NCBI RefSeq assembly: GCF_036365525.1
Contig: NC_090374.1
Span: forward strand, 152,832,989-152,896,988
DNA length: 64,000 bases
Direction of reading: 5' to 3'
DNA from: Heterodontus francisci
Lineage: Eukaryota
Shown here: in pieces, positions 12,978 to 25,000 of the stretch
How the letters are laid out: every line of letters starts with the position of its first letter
Position numbering within the stretch: position 1 is the first letter of the stretch
Program-made: the position numbers and the translations under genes
Notes under the pieces: generated by a model
The model's input: only the letters and a program-made list of their open reading frames with translations
Database searches by the model: none
What the model was told of the DNA's origin: nothing

Positions 12978-13032
12978 ATGAAACCATTCTCAGCTTTTAC
13001 TCTGCTCACCCTAATCTTCCTCTGCGCCATGG
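12978..13032 (+). CDS. SPINK: SPINK gene A exon 1 (signal peptide [18 protein letters not shown])
   Basis: ATG at 12978, hydrophobic leader, donor ATGG|gtaagt at 13033, upstream TATA; paralogous to 63245-63299. Confidence 0.9.
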
Positions 13033-16000
13033 GTAAGTTTCTCTTTATAGCACTGGATACAGTCAAAGAGTTTCATTTCTCCCAAGTTTTTTGGTTATCA
13101 GATTGTTTTCTGATTTTCTCCACTCCAAGACTTGAGTCTGTAATGCACACTAACACTTCAGTGCAGCCCTGAGGAAGGGCTGCAAGATGCCATTCTCCAG
13201 ATAAACCATTGAAACACAAGGTGCAGGCAGATAGATGGGTGACCGCGAGAAGGGGCAGGCAGTCAGTGCAGGAATCTCCTGTGGCTATCCCCCTCTCTAA
13301 CAAGTATATCGTTTTGGATACTGTTGGAGGCTTGGCCTATCAGGTGAAAACAACAGCAGCAGCCAGAGCAGTGGCACCACTGCTGGCTCTGTTGTTCAGC
13401 AGGGAGGGACAAAGCGCGGAAGAGCAATAGTTACAGGGGACTCTATAGTCAGGGGCACAGATAGGCACTTCTGTGGATGTGAAAGAGACTCCAGGATGGT
13501 ATGTTGCCTCCCTGGTGCCAGGGTCAAGGATGTCTCTGAACGGGCAGGGGGCATTTGAAGGGGGAGGGTGAACAGCCAGAGGTTGTGGTACACATTGGTA
13601 CTAACGACATAGGCAGGAAGCGTGACGAGGTCCTGCAGGGGGTGTTTAGGGAGTTAGGTAGTAAGTTAAGAGACAGGACCTCCAGGGTTGTAATCTCAGG
13701 GTTATTCCCTGTGCCACGTGTCAGTGAGGCTAGAAATAGGAAGATAGTGCAGCTAAACACGTGGCTGAACAGCTGGTGTAGAAGGGAGGGTTTCAGATAT
13801 CTGGATCATTGGGATCTCTTCCGGGACAGGTGGGACCTGTACAAGAAGGACGGGTTGCATCTAAACTGGTGGGGCACAAATATCCTGGCTGCGAGGTTTG
13901 CTAGCGTCACTCGGGAGGGTTTAAAATAGTGTGGTGGGGGGTGGGAACCAGAGCAATAGTCCAGCAGGTGAAATAACTGAGGGGGAACTAGTGAATAAGG
14001 CCAGTAAGACTGAGAGGAAGAGCAGGGAGGTAGATGTTGCTGAGCACAGTGGGACTGGTGGTCTGAAGTGCATTTGTTTCAATGCGAGAAGTATAACAGG
14101 TAAGGCAGATGAACTTAGAGCTTGGATTAGTACTTGGAACTATGATGTTGTTGCTATTACAGAGACCTGGTTGAGGGAAGGACAGGATTGGCAGCTAAAC
14201 GTTCCAGGATTTAGAAGCTTCAGGCGGGATAGAGGGGGATGTAAAAGGGGTGGGGGAGTTGCATTACTGGTAAAGGAGAATATCACAGCTGTACTGCAGG
14301 AGGACACCTCGGAGGGATCATGCAGCACGGCAATATGGGTAGAGCTCAGGAATAGGAAGGGTGCAGACACAACGTTGGGGGTTTACGACAGGTCTCCCCA
14401 CAGCCAGCGGGAGGTAGAGGAGCAGATATGTAGACAGATTTTGGAAAGATGTAAAACCCACAGGGTTGTTGTGGTGCGTGATTTTAACTTCCCCTATATT
14501 GACTGGGACTCACTTAGTGCGAGGGGCTTGGATGGGGCAGAATTTGTAAGGAGCATCCAGGAGGGCTTCTTGAAACAATATGTAGATAGTCCAACTAGGG
14601 ATGGGGCTGTACTGGACCTGGTATTGGGGAATGAGCCCGGCCAGGTGGTCAAAGTTTCAGTAGGGGAGCATTTCGGGAACAATGACCATAATTCCATAAG
14701 TTTTAAGGTACATGTGGATAAGGATAAGTCCAGGACTGGCATGTTCCTGTGAGGATGAAGGATAAGGTTGGCAAGTTTCGGGAACCTTGGATAACAAGGG
14801 AAATTGTGAGCCTAGTCAAAAAGAAAAAGGAAGCATTCGTAAGGGCTAGAAGGTGAGGAATAGACGAAGCCCTTGAGGAAAATAAAAACAGTAGGGAGGA
14901 ACTTAAGCAAGGAGTCAGGAGGGCTAAAAGGGGTCATAAAAAGTAATTGGCAAACAGGATTAAGGAGAATCCCAAGGCTTTTTATACGTATATAAAGAGC
15001 AAGAGGGTAACCAGGGAAAGGGTTGGCCCACTCAAGGACAGAGGAGGGAATCTATGTGTGGAGCCAGAGGAAATGGGCAAGCTACTAAATGAGTACTTTG
15101 CATCAGTATTCACCAAAGAGAAGGACTTGGTGGATGACAAGTCTCGGGAAGGGAGTGTAGATAGTCTGCGTCATGCCGATATCAAAAAGGAGGAGGTGTT
15201 GGGCGTCTTGAAAAACATTAAGGTAGATAAGTCCCCAGGGCCTGATGGGATCTACCCCAGAATACTGAGGGAGGCAAGGGTGGAAATTGTTGGGGCCTTG
15301 ACAGAAATCTTTGCATCCTCATTGGCTACAGGTGAGGTCCCAGAGGACTGGAGAACAGCCAATGTTGTTCCTTTGTTTAAGAAGGGTAGCAAGGATAATC
15401 CAGGAAATTACAGGCCGGTGAGCCTTACGTCAGTGGTAGGAAAATTATTAGAGAGGATTCTTCGGGACAGGATTTACTCCCATTTGGAAACAAACATATT
15501 AGCGAGAGGCAGCATGGTTTTGTGAAGGGGAGGTCGTGTCTCACTAACTTGATCGAGTTTTGTGAGGAAGTGATGAAGATGATTGATGAAGGAAGGGCAG
15601 TGGATGTTGTCTACATAGACTTCAGTAAAGCCTTTGACAAGGTCCCTCATGGCAGACTGATACAAAAGGTGAAGTCACACAGGATCAGAGATGAGCTGGC
15701 AAGATGGATACAGAACTGGCTCGGTCATAGAAGACAGAGGGTAGCAGTAGGAGGGTGCTTTTCTGAATGGAGGGATGTGACTAGTGGTGTTCTGCAGGGA
15801 TCAGTGCTGGACCTTTGCTGTTTGTAGTATATATAAATGTTTTGGACGAAAATGTAGCTGGTCTGATCAGTAAGTTTGCGGATGACACAAAGGTTGGTGG
15901 AGTTGCAGATAGTGATGAGGATTGTCAGAGGATACAGCAGGATATAGATCGGTTGGAGACTTGGGCGGAGAAATGGCAGATGGCGTTTAATCCAGACAAA

Positions 16001-19000
16001 TGTGAGGTAATGCATTTTGGAAGGTCTAATACAGGTGGGAAGTATACAGTAAATGGCAGAACCCTTAGGAGTATTGACAGGCAGAGAGATCTGGGCGTAC
16101 AGGTCTACAGATCACTAAAAGTGGCAACGCAGGTGGATAAGGTAGTCAAGAAGGCATACGGCATGCTTGTCTTCACCGGTCGGGGCATAGAGTATAAAAA
16201 TTGGCAAGTCATGCTATAGCTGTACAGAACCTTAGTTAGGCCACACTTGGAATATTGCGTACAATTCTGGTCGCCACACTACCAGAAGGACGTGGAGGCT
16301 TTGGAAAGGGTACAGAAAAGGTTTACCAGGATGTTGCCTAGTCTGGAGGGTATTAGCTATGAGGAGAAGTTGGATAAATTTGGATTGTTTTCACTGGAAC
16401 GACGGAGGTGGAGGGGCGACATGATAGAGGTTTACAAAGTTATGAGTGGCATGGACAGAGTGGATCGTCAGTAGCTTTTTCCCAGGGTAGAAGAGTCAGT
16501 TACTAAGGGACATAGGTTTAAGGTGCGAGGGGCAAAGTTTAGAGGGGATGTGCGAGGCAAGTATTTTACACAGAGGGTGGTGAGTGCCTGGATCTTGCTG
16601 TCGGGGGAGGTGGTGGAAGCAGGTACGATAGCAACGTTTAAGAGGCATCTTGACAAATACATGAATAGGAAGGGAATAGAGGGATACGGTCCCCGGAAGT
16701 GCAGAAGGTTTTAGTTTAGACAGGCATCAAGATCGGTGCAGGCTTGAAGGGCCAAATGGCCTGTTGCTGTGCTGTACTGTTCTTTGTTCTTTGAAACAAA
16801 GCCCTGGCTGCCTCTTCTGATGCTACATGTAGTCTAGGAAGGTCCAAAGATAAACAGAGCCAGGTGTTATCTTTGCATTCCAGGATGATCCTGGAGTAGT
16901 GAGCAGTTTCAACAGATGAGAGAAAGGCCCGATAGTGCTTTATGTGGTCCAGATAGATCTGGCGATGAGTGACTAGACTAGTGGTGCAGCAAATGCACTC
17001 AAATGCATTCATTTGAGGAAAAGATGTTTCACCCAGAGGGTGGTTGGAATATGGAATCTGAGGCAGGAACCCTCACAACATTTAAGAAGTATCCAGATGA
17101 GCACTTGAAATGCTATGGGCCAAGTGCTTGAAAATGGGATTAGAATAGCTAGGCTTGATGGCCGGCCCGGACACGGTGGGCCAAAGGGCCTGTTTTTGTG
17201 CTGCATAACTCTATGACTCTACGACTCTTTGACTCTAAGTCTGCGCCTCTTAGACTTAAGGGGTTGAAGGTGGGGACAGTACCAGGGAGAATGACCAGGG
17301 TGAGAGAGAATGTGTTTTACTGAGGACAAGGGGATCAAAGACAGAGCTGAGGGTATGATTGAGCAGATCGAAAGCTGCAGAAGTACTGTGGTGAAAAAAA
17401 CAGCCAAAGGTTAGATAACTGGCAATTTGAAGGAGGCAATGAGTGACTTAAGTGACAGCTTTTTCCAGGGGTTGATGCAGAAGGGAGAAATGAAAGGAGG
17501 CATTACTGGATAATAGGCAAGGAAGGACAAAGGAGAGAAGAGCTCAAGAAGATAAAGAGAAGAGAAAGGGTAAGGGAGATAGGAAGAATGAACTTTGGTA
17601 TACGTGGTAGCCAAAATGTGCATGTGAATGAACACAGGGAAAAGTAGGTTACAGAGGCATTGAAAAGATTAGGTTAGATATGTTCTGGTTGTAAATGAAT
17701 AACAGGCAGGAAACAATAGGAGAGTGTGTATAGTTAAAACCAGACGCCCTGTGGTGGGATGAAGTTAACATTGATATGATGGAGTCAGTTTGGAACACTG
17801 CCAAATTGATGATCAGGTTCGGAGACAGATGTGTAGGGCAAGTGAGTCTAGGAGCTGTTTCGGGGATACAGCACCTTTGGGCACACTGCTGGAGGTATTT
17901 CCTTGGAAAATGGTGAGTACAAGGTGTGAGCCAACGTAGTTTGATCCAGGAGTCCAACAGAGCTGAGTAGTGGTCTCAGTGAATAGTCATGCACACTAAC
18001 TGATGCAGTATACCAGTGGAGGGAATAACACAATCAGTGGCAATAGGAAGCAGATGGAAAGTAACATAGCAAAGGTCATTCAGCAACAGTGGAGCAGAAT
18101 CCAGGGTCAGATGGGAACCAGCAGAAACAGATCAGATTCCTGGCAAAGCAGCAAAATACTAAGGATGTAGCAGAAGACTACATATATAAGTTGAAACAAC
18201 AACTTGTATTTATATTGGATCTTAATATATAGATACTTTTCCCAAGGTGTTTCACAGAGGAATAACACAAAATGGAAGCTGTGAAGGATTGAGAGATGGA
18301 GAAGATGATCAAAATTTGGTCAGTCACTGGGTTTTAAGGAGGATTTTAAAGGAAGAATGGGAAATGAATAAGTGGATTTAGTGAACGTATTCCAGAGAAT
18401 GGGGCTTAGGTAGTTGATGACATGTCTATCAAGGTTGAGGCAAGTTGATAAGGGAAAATTCAAGAGGCTAGAGTCAGATGAATGGAGAATTCAGAGAGAC
18501 TGTAAGTGCTGGAGGAAGTTAAAGAGATTGGGATCAGAAGGGACAAGGTCATGAACGATTTAAACAGAGAGATGAAACCTTTAAATTTGAGGCATTGGGG
18601 GATTAGGAATCAACGTAAATTAGTGAGAGCAGGGGTGATGGGCAAGCGGAACTTGGTGTGGAATAACATATGGCAGCACTGTTTTAGATGAGCTGAAGTT
18701 TATGGATAGGCAGAAGATGGAGGTCTGGCATAGATCAAGTCTGGAGATGGAAGTAGGTCTTTCTGACAGTAGGGCTATTGGATTGGAAGCTCATCTCGGA
18801 GTCGAACAGGATGTTAATGTTGCAAATAGACTGGTTCAGTCTGAGGCAGTGGCCATGGAGAGGGATGTCAATTAAATGAAAGTAAGGGCTTCTGTTTTCC
18901 CAGTGCTTGTCGGGAGGAGGCGACAGCTCATCTCAGGCTGGATGTTGGACAAGCAGTCTGATAGCACAACAACAACAATTTGTATTTATATAGTCCCCTT

Positions 19001-22000
19001 AACCTAAGTAAATTGCTCAAGGTGCTTCACTGAGTGTTATAAGGTAAAATTTGACATAAGGAGATATTAGGGCAGATGATGACAAGCTTAGTCAACGAGA
19101 TAGATTTTAAGGAGCACCTTGAAGGAGGAAAGAGAAGTAGAGAGGCGGAGATGTTTAGGAAGGGAATTCCAGTGCTTAGGACCTGGGCAGTTGAAGGTAT
19201 GACCAATAGCGGTAGAGCAATTAAAATTGGGATGCTCAAAAGACCAGAATTGGATGAGCACAGATATCTCAGAGGGTTGTGCAGCTGGAGAAGATTGCAA
19301 AAGTAGGGAGAGGTGAAGCCATGGAGGGATTTAAAACAAGAATGAGTATTTTAAAAATCAAGGTATTACTTAACTTGGGTTTCCTCCGGGTGCTCCGGTT
19401 TCCTCCCACATGCCAAAGACTTGCAGGTTGATAGGTTAATTGGCCATTATAAATTGCCCCTAGTATAGGTAGGTGGTAGGGAAATATATAGGGACAGGTG
19501 GGGATGTGGTAGGAATATGGGATTAGTGTAGGATTAGTATAAATGGGTGGTTGATGGTCGGCACAGACTCGGTGGGCCGAAGGGCCTGTTTCAGTGCTGT
19601 ATCTCTAAACTAAACTAAACTTAACTGGAAGTCAGTGTAGGTCAACGAGCACAGGGACAACTGGTGAATGGAACTTGATGCAAGTTAGGACATGGGCAGC
19701 AGAGTTTTGGATGACCTCAAGTCAACGGAGGGTAGATTGTGGGAGCCTGCAAAGTAGCGCTTTGGAACAGTCAAGTCTGGAGGTAACAAAGGTGTGGATG
19801 AGGATTTCAGCAGCAGATGAGCAGAGGCAGGCGTGGAGTCGGGCGATGCTACTGAGGTGGAAATAGGCAGTCTTAATGATGGAGCAGCTATGTGGTCGGA
19901 AGATCATCTCAGGCTCAAATATGTCACCAAGATTGTGAGCAGTCTGGTTCAGCCCCAAACAGTTGCCAGAGAGAGGGACACAGCTTGTCACGTGTACTGA
20001 AGGCAATGGCTTCTGTCTTCCCAATATTTAATTGGAGGAAATATCTGCTCATACAGTGCCGCATGTTGGACAAGCAGTCTGACAATCTAAAGATAGTGGA
20101 CGTATCGAGAAAGGTGGGGATGAGATGGAGCTAGGTGCCATCAGTGTACATGTGGAAACTGATGCTCTGTTTTTGGATGCTGTCGCTAAGGGGAAGCATG
20201 TAGATGAGAAATAGGAGGAGCCAAGGATAGATCCTTGGGGGACACCAGAGGTAAGTGTACAGGAGCAGGAAGGGTGATTCTCTGGCTATGATTAGATAGA
20301 GAGGAATGGAACCAGGAGAGTGCGGTCACAGCCAGCTGGGCAGCAGAGAGGTGTTGGAGGAAGCTGGTGTGGTCATCTGTGTCAAAGACTGTAGACAGTC
20401 CAAAAAGGACGAGGAGGGATAGTTTACCTTTGTTGCAGTCACATAGGCTGTCATTTGTGACTCATATAACAACTGGTTCTGTACAGTGGTGCAGCAGAAA
20501 CTGTGTTACGACCGGGTGAGGAAGGGGTCTCAGGCTTCCCTCTCGCCCCTCTCTTGGTTTGGCCGTAACAGGGTTTAACTTTTAAAACACAGTGTTTTTA
20601 GCTTCACCTCAGTGAGTCCTTGCTCACTGCTTTCTAATTGTAATTGTAAATAAACCAATCAGACAGGCTTTCTTAGGTTTAAACAAGAAAGATGTAAGTT
20701 TATTAGCATTAACACTCTAACTCAGTTAAAATTACTAAAAATACATGACGCAACCACGCAAGCATGCATACAAGATAAACACCCACACAAATAGATACAG
20801 AGGAGGAGGAAGAATTAAAGGGGGAGGGTTTTGGAGCAGTTGATGGAATTCAGTTACTGTCTTTGGTTTGGATGTAAAGTCCTTGATTAGAGTTATGTCT
20901 TGCAGTTCTCACTGGGGCCCAATGCACACTTTCAAACTTGTTTTGCTGGTACCAGAAGGCTGAAGATGTCCTCTGTCTTGAGGCTTAAGCTGCTTCCGTG
21001 GGTCCCTGGTACCTTTTGAGAGAGAGGGAGAGAGCTTCCTTCTCTTTAGTCTTCAAATAGTGAGCAGTTTTGGCAGATGAGAGAGGGACTTCACAGAGTT
21101 TATGTTCTCCAGCCAGATCTGGCAGTGAATGGCTAGACCAGTTGCCATTTCTATTCATTCTGCATCCCTTGGACCTAAGGGAGTGGAGTTGAGGGCCATA
21201 CTGGAAGAACGTCCAGGGTGAGAGAATGGGGACTAAGACATCAAAGGTAGAGGTGAGGGTGTGGTTCAGCAGATCCTTAGCTGCAGAAATGTCACGGCGG
21301 CTAGAGGGCCAAAGACCAGACAGTTTGGATTTTGAGGGCTGAATTTAATGCAGCTGTTAAAAGAGGGAATGATGGCGTGGGGATGGGGGGTGGGGGATGG
21401 AGAATCACATGACGAAACAGTCCACCCGAAAATCTGGTGTTGTGACGTCAGTTCTGAATTAAGTCAAAGGTGGGAAAGCACCAAGGTGGTATTGCTGCCC
21501 CGAGGTGATGAGAATCACATTTAAATTGCGAGCGGGCAGCACCCGTGCCTTCAGGTTTATGGCCTTTAAAAGCTGGTGGCACCAAGTCAAGAAGCTTCAG
21601 TGCCACAACGGGGAGGCAGCCATGAACTGTGCTGCATAGGGGAAGAGGAGGTTGCAGAGGACATTGTTGGATTGTGTGTTCTGCAAGGTGTGTGGGGGTC
21701 TTGGGGTCCCTGACGGGGTTCTGAGCCTCGATTGATTTAAAAAGGGGGATCTAGGTTTGGGTGGTTGTACTGGGTGACTAAACTGTTGTGTGAGATGTTT
21801 GGTCGCCCATACTGCTGGATGAGAGGGTCAGCTATCAGCAAAGGTGGGTACTGAGGGCCTTGGAGAAGTTGCAAAAGCTCAGTTGGCAGGACAGGGTCCT
21901 CTCTGCATCGACAGCGGTCTGAAGGCCTACTGTCTTATGCACCTGCTTCAGGATGAGTTGCGACCTATGGGATTTCAGGGTCGCCCTATACCCATCGCCC

Positions 22001-25000
22001 TCAAGATCACAGTGGCAGTGAACTTTTACACGTCTGGATCTTTTCAAGGATCCATAGCGGACATGTGTGGAGTCTCACAGGCAGTAGCCCACTGCTGCAT
22101 CAAGGAGGTGACCAGTGGCCTATTCAAGAGGACCGGCAACTATGTGCACTAACTGACCGACCCTGACAGTCAGGCCGAGAGGGCCATTGGATTCAGGGTC
22201 ATCACTGGATTTCCCTGGGTGCAAGGTCTGATAGACTGCATGCCATCAAGGCTCCCACGGACCAGCTAACCACCTTCATCACCAGGAAGGACTTCCATTC
22301 AATCAACGTTCAACTGGTCTGCGACCACTGATAGTGTTTCCTGCTGCTTTTCTGCTTTTCCTGAAGTAGCCATGACAACCACATACTTCAACAGCCGCAG
22401 GTGCCATAGCTTTTCAGGTTCCCCATTCGCCCTCAGGGATGAATTCTCAGGGACAAGGACTACCCATTGAAGACATGGCTACTCACGCCTGTGAGGAACC
22501 CTCGCACTGTAGCAGAGGAGAAGTACAACACTTGCCATGGCACCACCTGAGTGACCATTGGACTGTTGAAGATGAGATTCCACTGCCTCAATCGATCAGG
22601 TGGAGTCCAGCATATTGTGGTGGTCTGCTGTGCTCTGCACAATCTAGCACTGCAGTGGGGAGAGGCCTTACGTAACAATGAGATGCTTACCAATAAAGAG
22701 GATGCAGAGGAGGGAAAGAATGAAGCACCCCTGGATGTTGAAGCTCTCGCAGTCGAGGCCAGGCAGATTGAGCGACATGCCAAGGAGGCAAGAGATAATC
22801 TTAGAATCACCTGCTTCCAGCCACCCTGATGCCCACAAAGAAACCAATAAAGTCTCACCCCAATGCATATGTACTGTCGCCTTCTTTCCATTTGGGTTCC
22901 CTGACTTGCATTCAGCTGAAAACCACTCTAGGGCCCATGGGAGTTCAAATGTTAATGAGGGCTGTGGTTACATTGACATTCCACTAAGGGGGAAGGGTGA
23001 AGTCAGCAGCTCACAATGAAGGCATGATAGAATAATGACTGTTACACATTGATCATTAATTACGTGAGAAAAAGAACTTCATATTAATCATTACATTTCA
23101 GATGGCAAACACCCACCCGTAACTCCCCAAGTGTGGCTAGGATAGTTTTCTTACTGTGTTTGCAAGTGCTCCTACAAGGTGTGATCTGGGCTGGAGGCAG
23201 GTTGCTGATCAGGCTGCCCCTTGGCCTGTGATGACTTCGGCAGCCGTCCTCTAGCTGACTGAGGCCTGGAAGGCCCCGGCTGCCTGAGGCTTTCCTGCAC
23301 TGGTTCAGGACTCTCCTCAGGCGTCACAGCTGCTGGAGCTGGGCTCACTGGCGGAGGGGCAGAGGAGCCGCTGTCCACACTTACAGTGACCTGAGGGGAG
23401 CTCTTGGATGTGGAGGCCAGCCTCTCCTCCTCCCTTTCAAGGCTCGCTTGAACCTCCATGCTGACCAGAGAAGGATGTGGAGCGGGAGATGACTCCAGGC
23501 GCCTTGTCCTTTTGCCTTGCCACTGCTGCATCGAGTTCATAGCCAAGGCAATGGTGTGCAGGTCTGCGTGCATCTGTGGCATCTGGCTCTCCATGAGGAC
23601 CACAAATCTATTAATGGAGGAAGCCATGCGCTCACATGCCTGGGACATGGCAACAGTCATGGCATGGATGGACTCCTCACTTGTCTGCTCTGGCATCTCT
23701 GCTAGATGTTCCCTTACTTCTCTCTACCATTCCAGCATGCCCTGTGCTGTCAACACCAGAGACTCGTCATCAGTCTGGGTCTCAGCATGGGCCTGGCCAC
23801 CCACAGTCCTCCGACTGTCAGAGACCTCAGCTGTCTCAGCCTCAGCCAGCTGCTCGGGCGTGTGTGTGGTGCTCTCACCAGCTTGTGACCTTGATTCTAC
23901 AGCCAAGTGGAAATCCACCAAGGTGAAAGTATCTGTGCTGGTGGAAGGTGCAGGAGAATCATGGGATGGTGCTTCCTCTGACTGCTGATCCTCCTCGGAG
24001 GTGGAATTCTACCCCGCCCCTTCCTGTGGAATCTCCTATGGATGGCAACATACATGAGAGAACACAAACATGTGTGGGTTAGGATTAACAGATCTCGTCA
24101 TGCCAACCACGCATGATGGGAGTCTCCAGAAGTGAACTGTATGTCGATGGAAGTGAATCCTCATGCTCTTGCGCGGAGACTCCAGTCTCACCATCCGCTA
24201 TGGAGCAGCCGCCCTGTGTTCCCACCAGCTCTAGTGCCTCCTGCTTAGCCATGGAGAGAGGCCTGATGTCTGGCATCACTCTGCCAGTCTGTAATGTCTC
24301 CCTCCTGTTGTAGGCTGTCTTGTCTTGGAAGTGGAAAGAGGGAGATAGTCATACCTTGCAAAGAGATCAACATGACTGCTCTGCTAGTGGCAGCCTCTCG
24401 TCCCCTACTGTGTTTCCTATGGAACTCATCCACCCGTCAGCTCTCAGGGGAGTTAATAGGGATGAACTGTGGCCTGTGGCCGAGATGCATCTGTGCATCT
24501 GTCAGGATGAGGTGATGCTTAACCCTGTTTGCCTGTGCTTTTGTGTTGTCTCCCTCCCCATGTCCTGCTTCCTCCCACATAACCACAAGCAATCCCTAAA
24601 AAGGAGAGGGACAGGTAAGGAGCAACCACCTTGGCAGAACGAAAGTTTTCGTTGACCCTCTTGCGGCACTGAACCCATGTGCGGGTGTTGACACTACAGC
24701 TGCTGACCTTCTCAGCGATACTGTCCAGGCTTGCTTGGTCAGGAAGGATGACCTCTTCTTGTCATCGCTGGCGAAGATGACCTCCCGCTGTTCCCTTGCA
24801 GCCTGGGGGAGAATTTTGAAGGAGGCATCGCCAAACCGTGGAGTCACCTGGTGTCTTCCTTCTGCCATGGTCACTGCAGGCTTGGGTCCTGGTTGACTAT
24901 CAGGCAGCAGAAGGGGTCCTGGAACAGCAAACACACACTGTGGACACTCTTTTACAGCAGGTAGGAGTGAATTCAGGGCTGGCAGGCCTTTAAATACGGC

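Larger units (their letters stand above)
16795..21335 (-). mobile_element. Cluster of old L2 LINE fragments (at least three pieces) with an embedded CR1 tail (~17020-17238), a V-SINE and an LTR
   Basis: L2 tails (acaacaacttgtatttatat) at ~18194 and ~18966; minus [27 protein letters not shown]. Confidence 0.75.

Noticed and set aside
13555-16714. Long esterase/endonuclease/RT ORFs as a host gene or active retroelement
   Set aside because: Standard CR1 ORF1/ORF2 with stops, frameshifts and an internal deletion
21844-24934. HARBI1/NAIF1-like domesticated gene pair
   Set aside because: Multiple stops and frameshifts, and enclosed by TIRs: a decayed transposon
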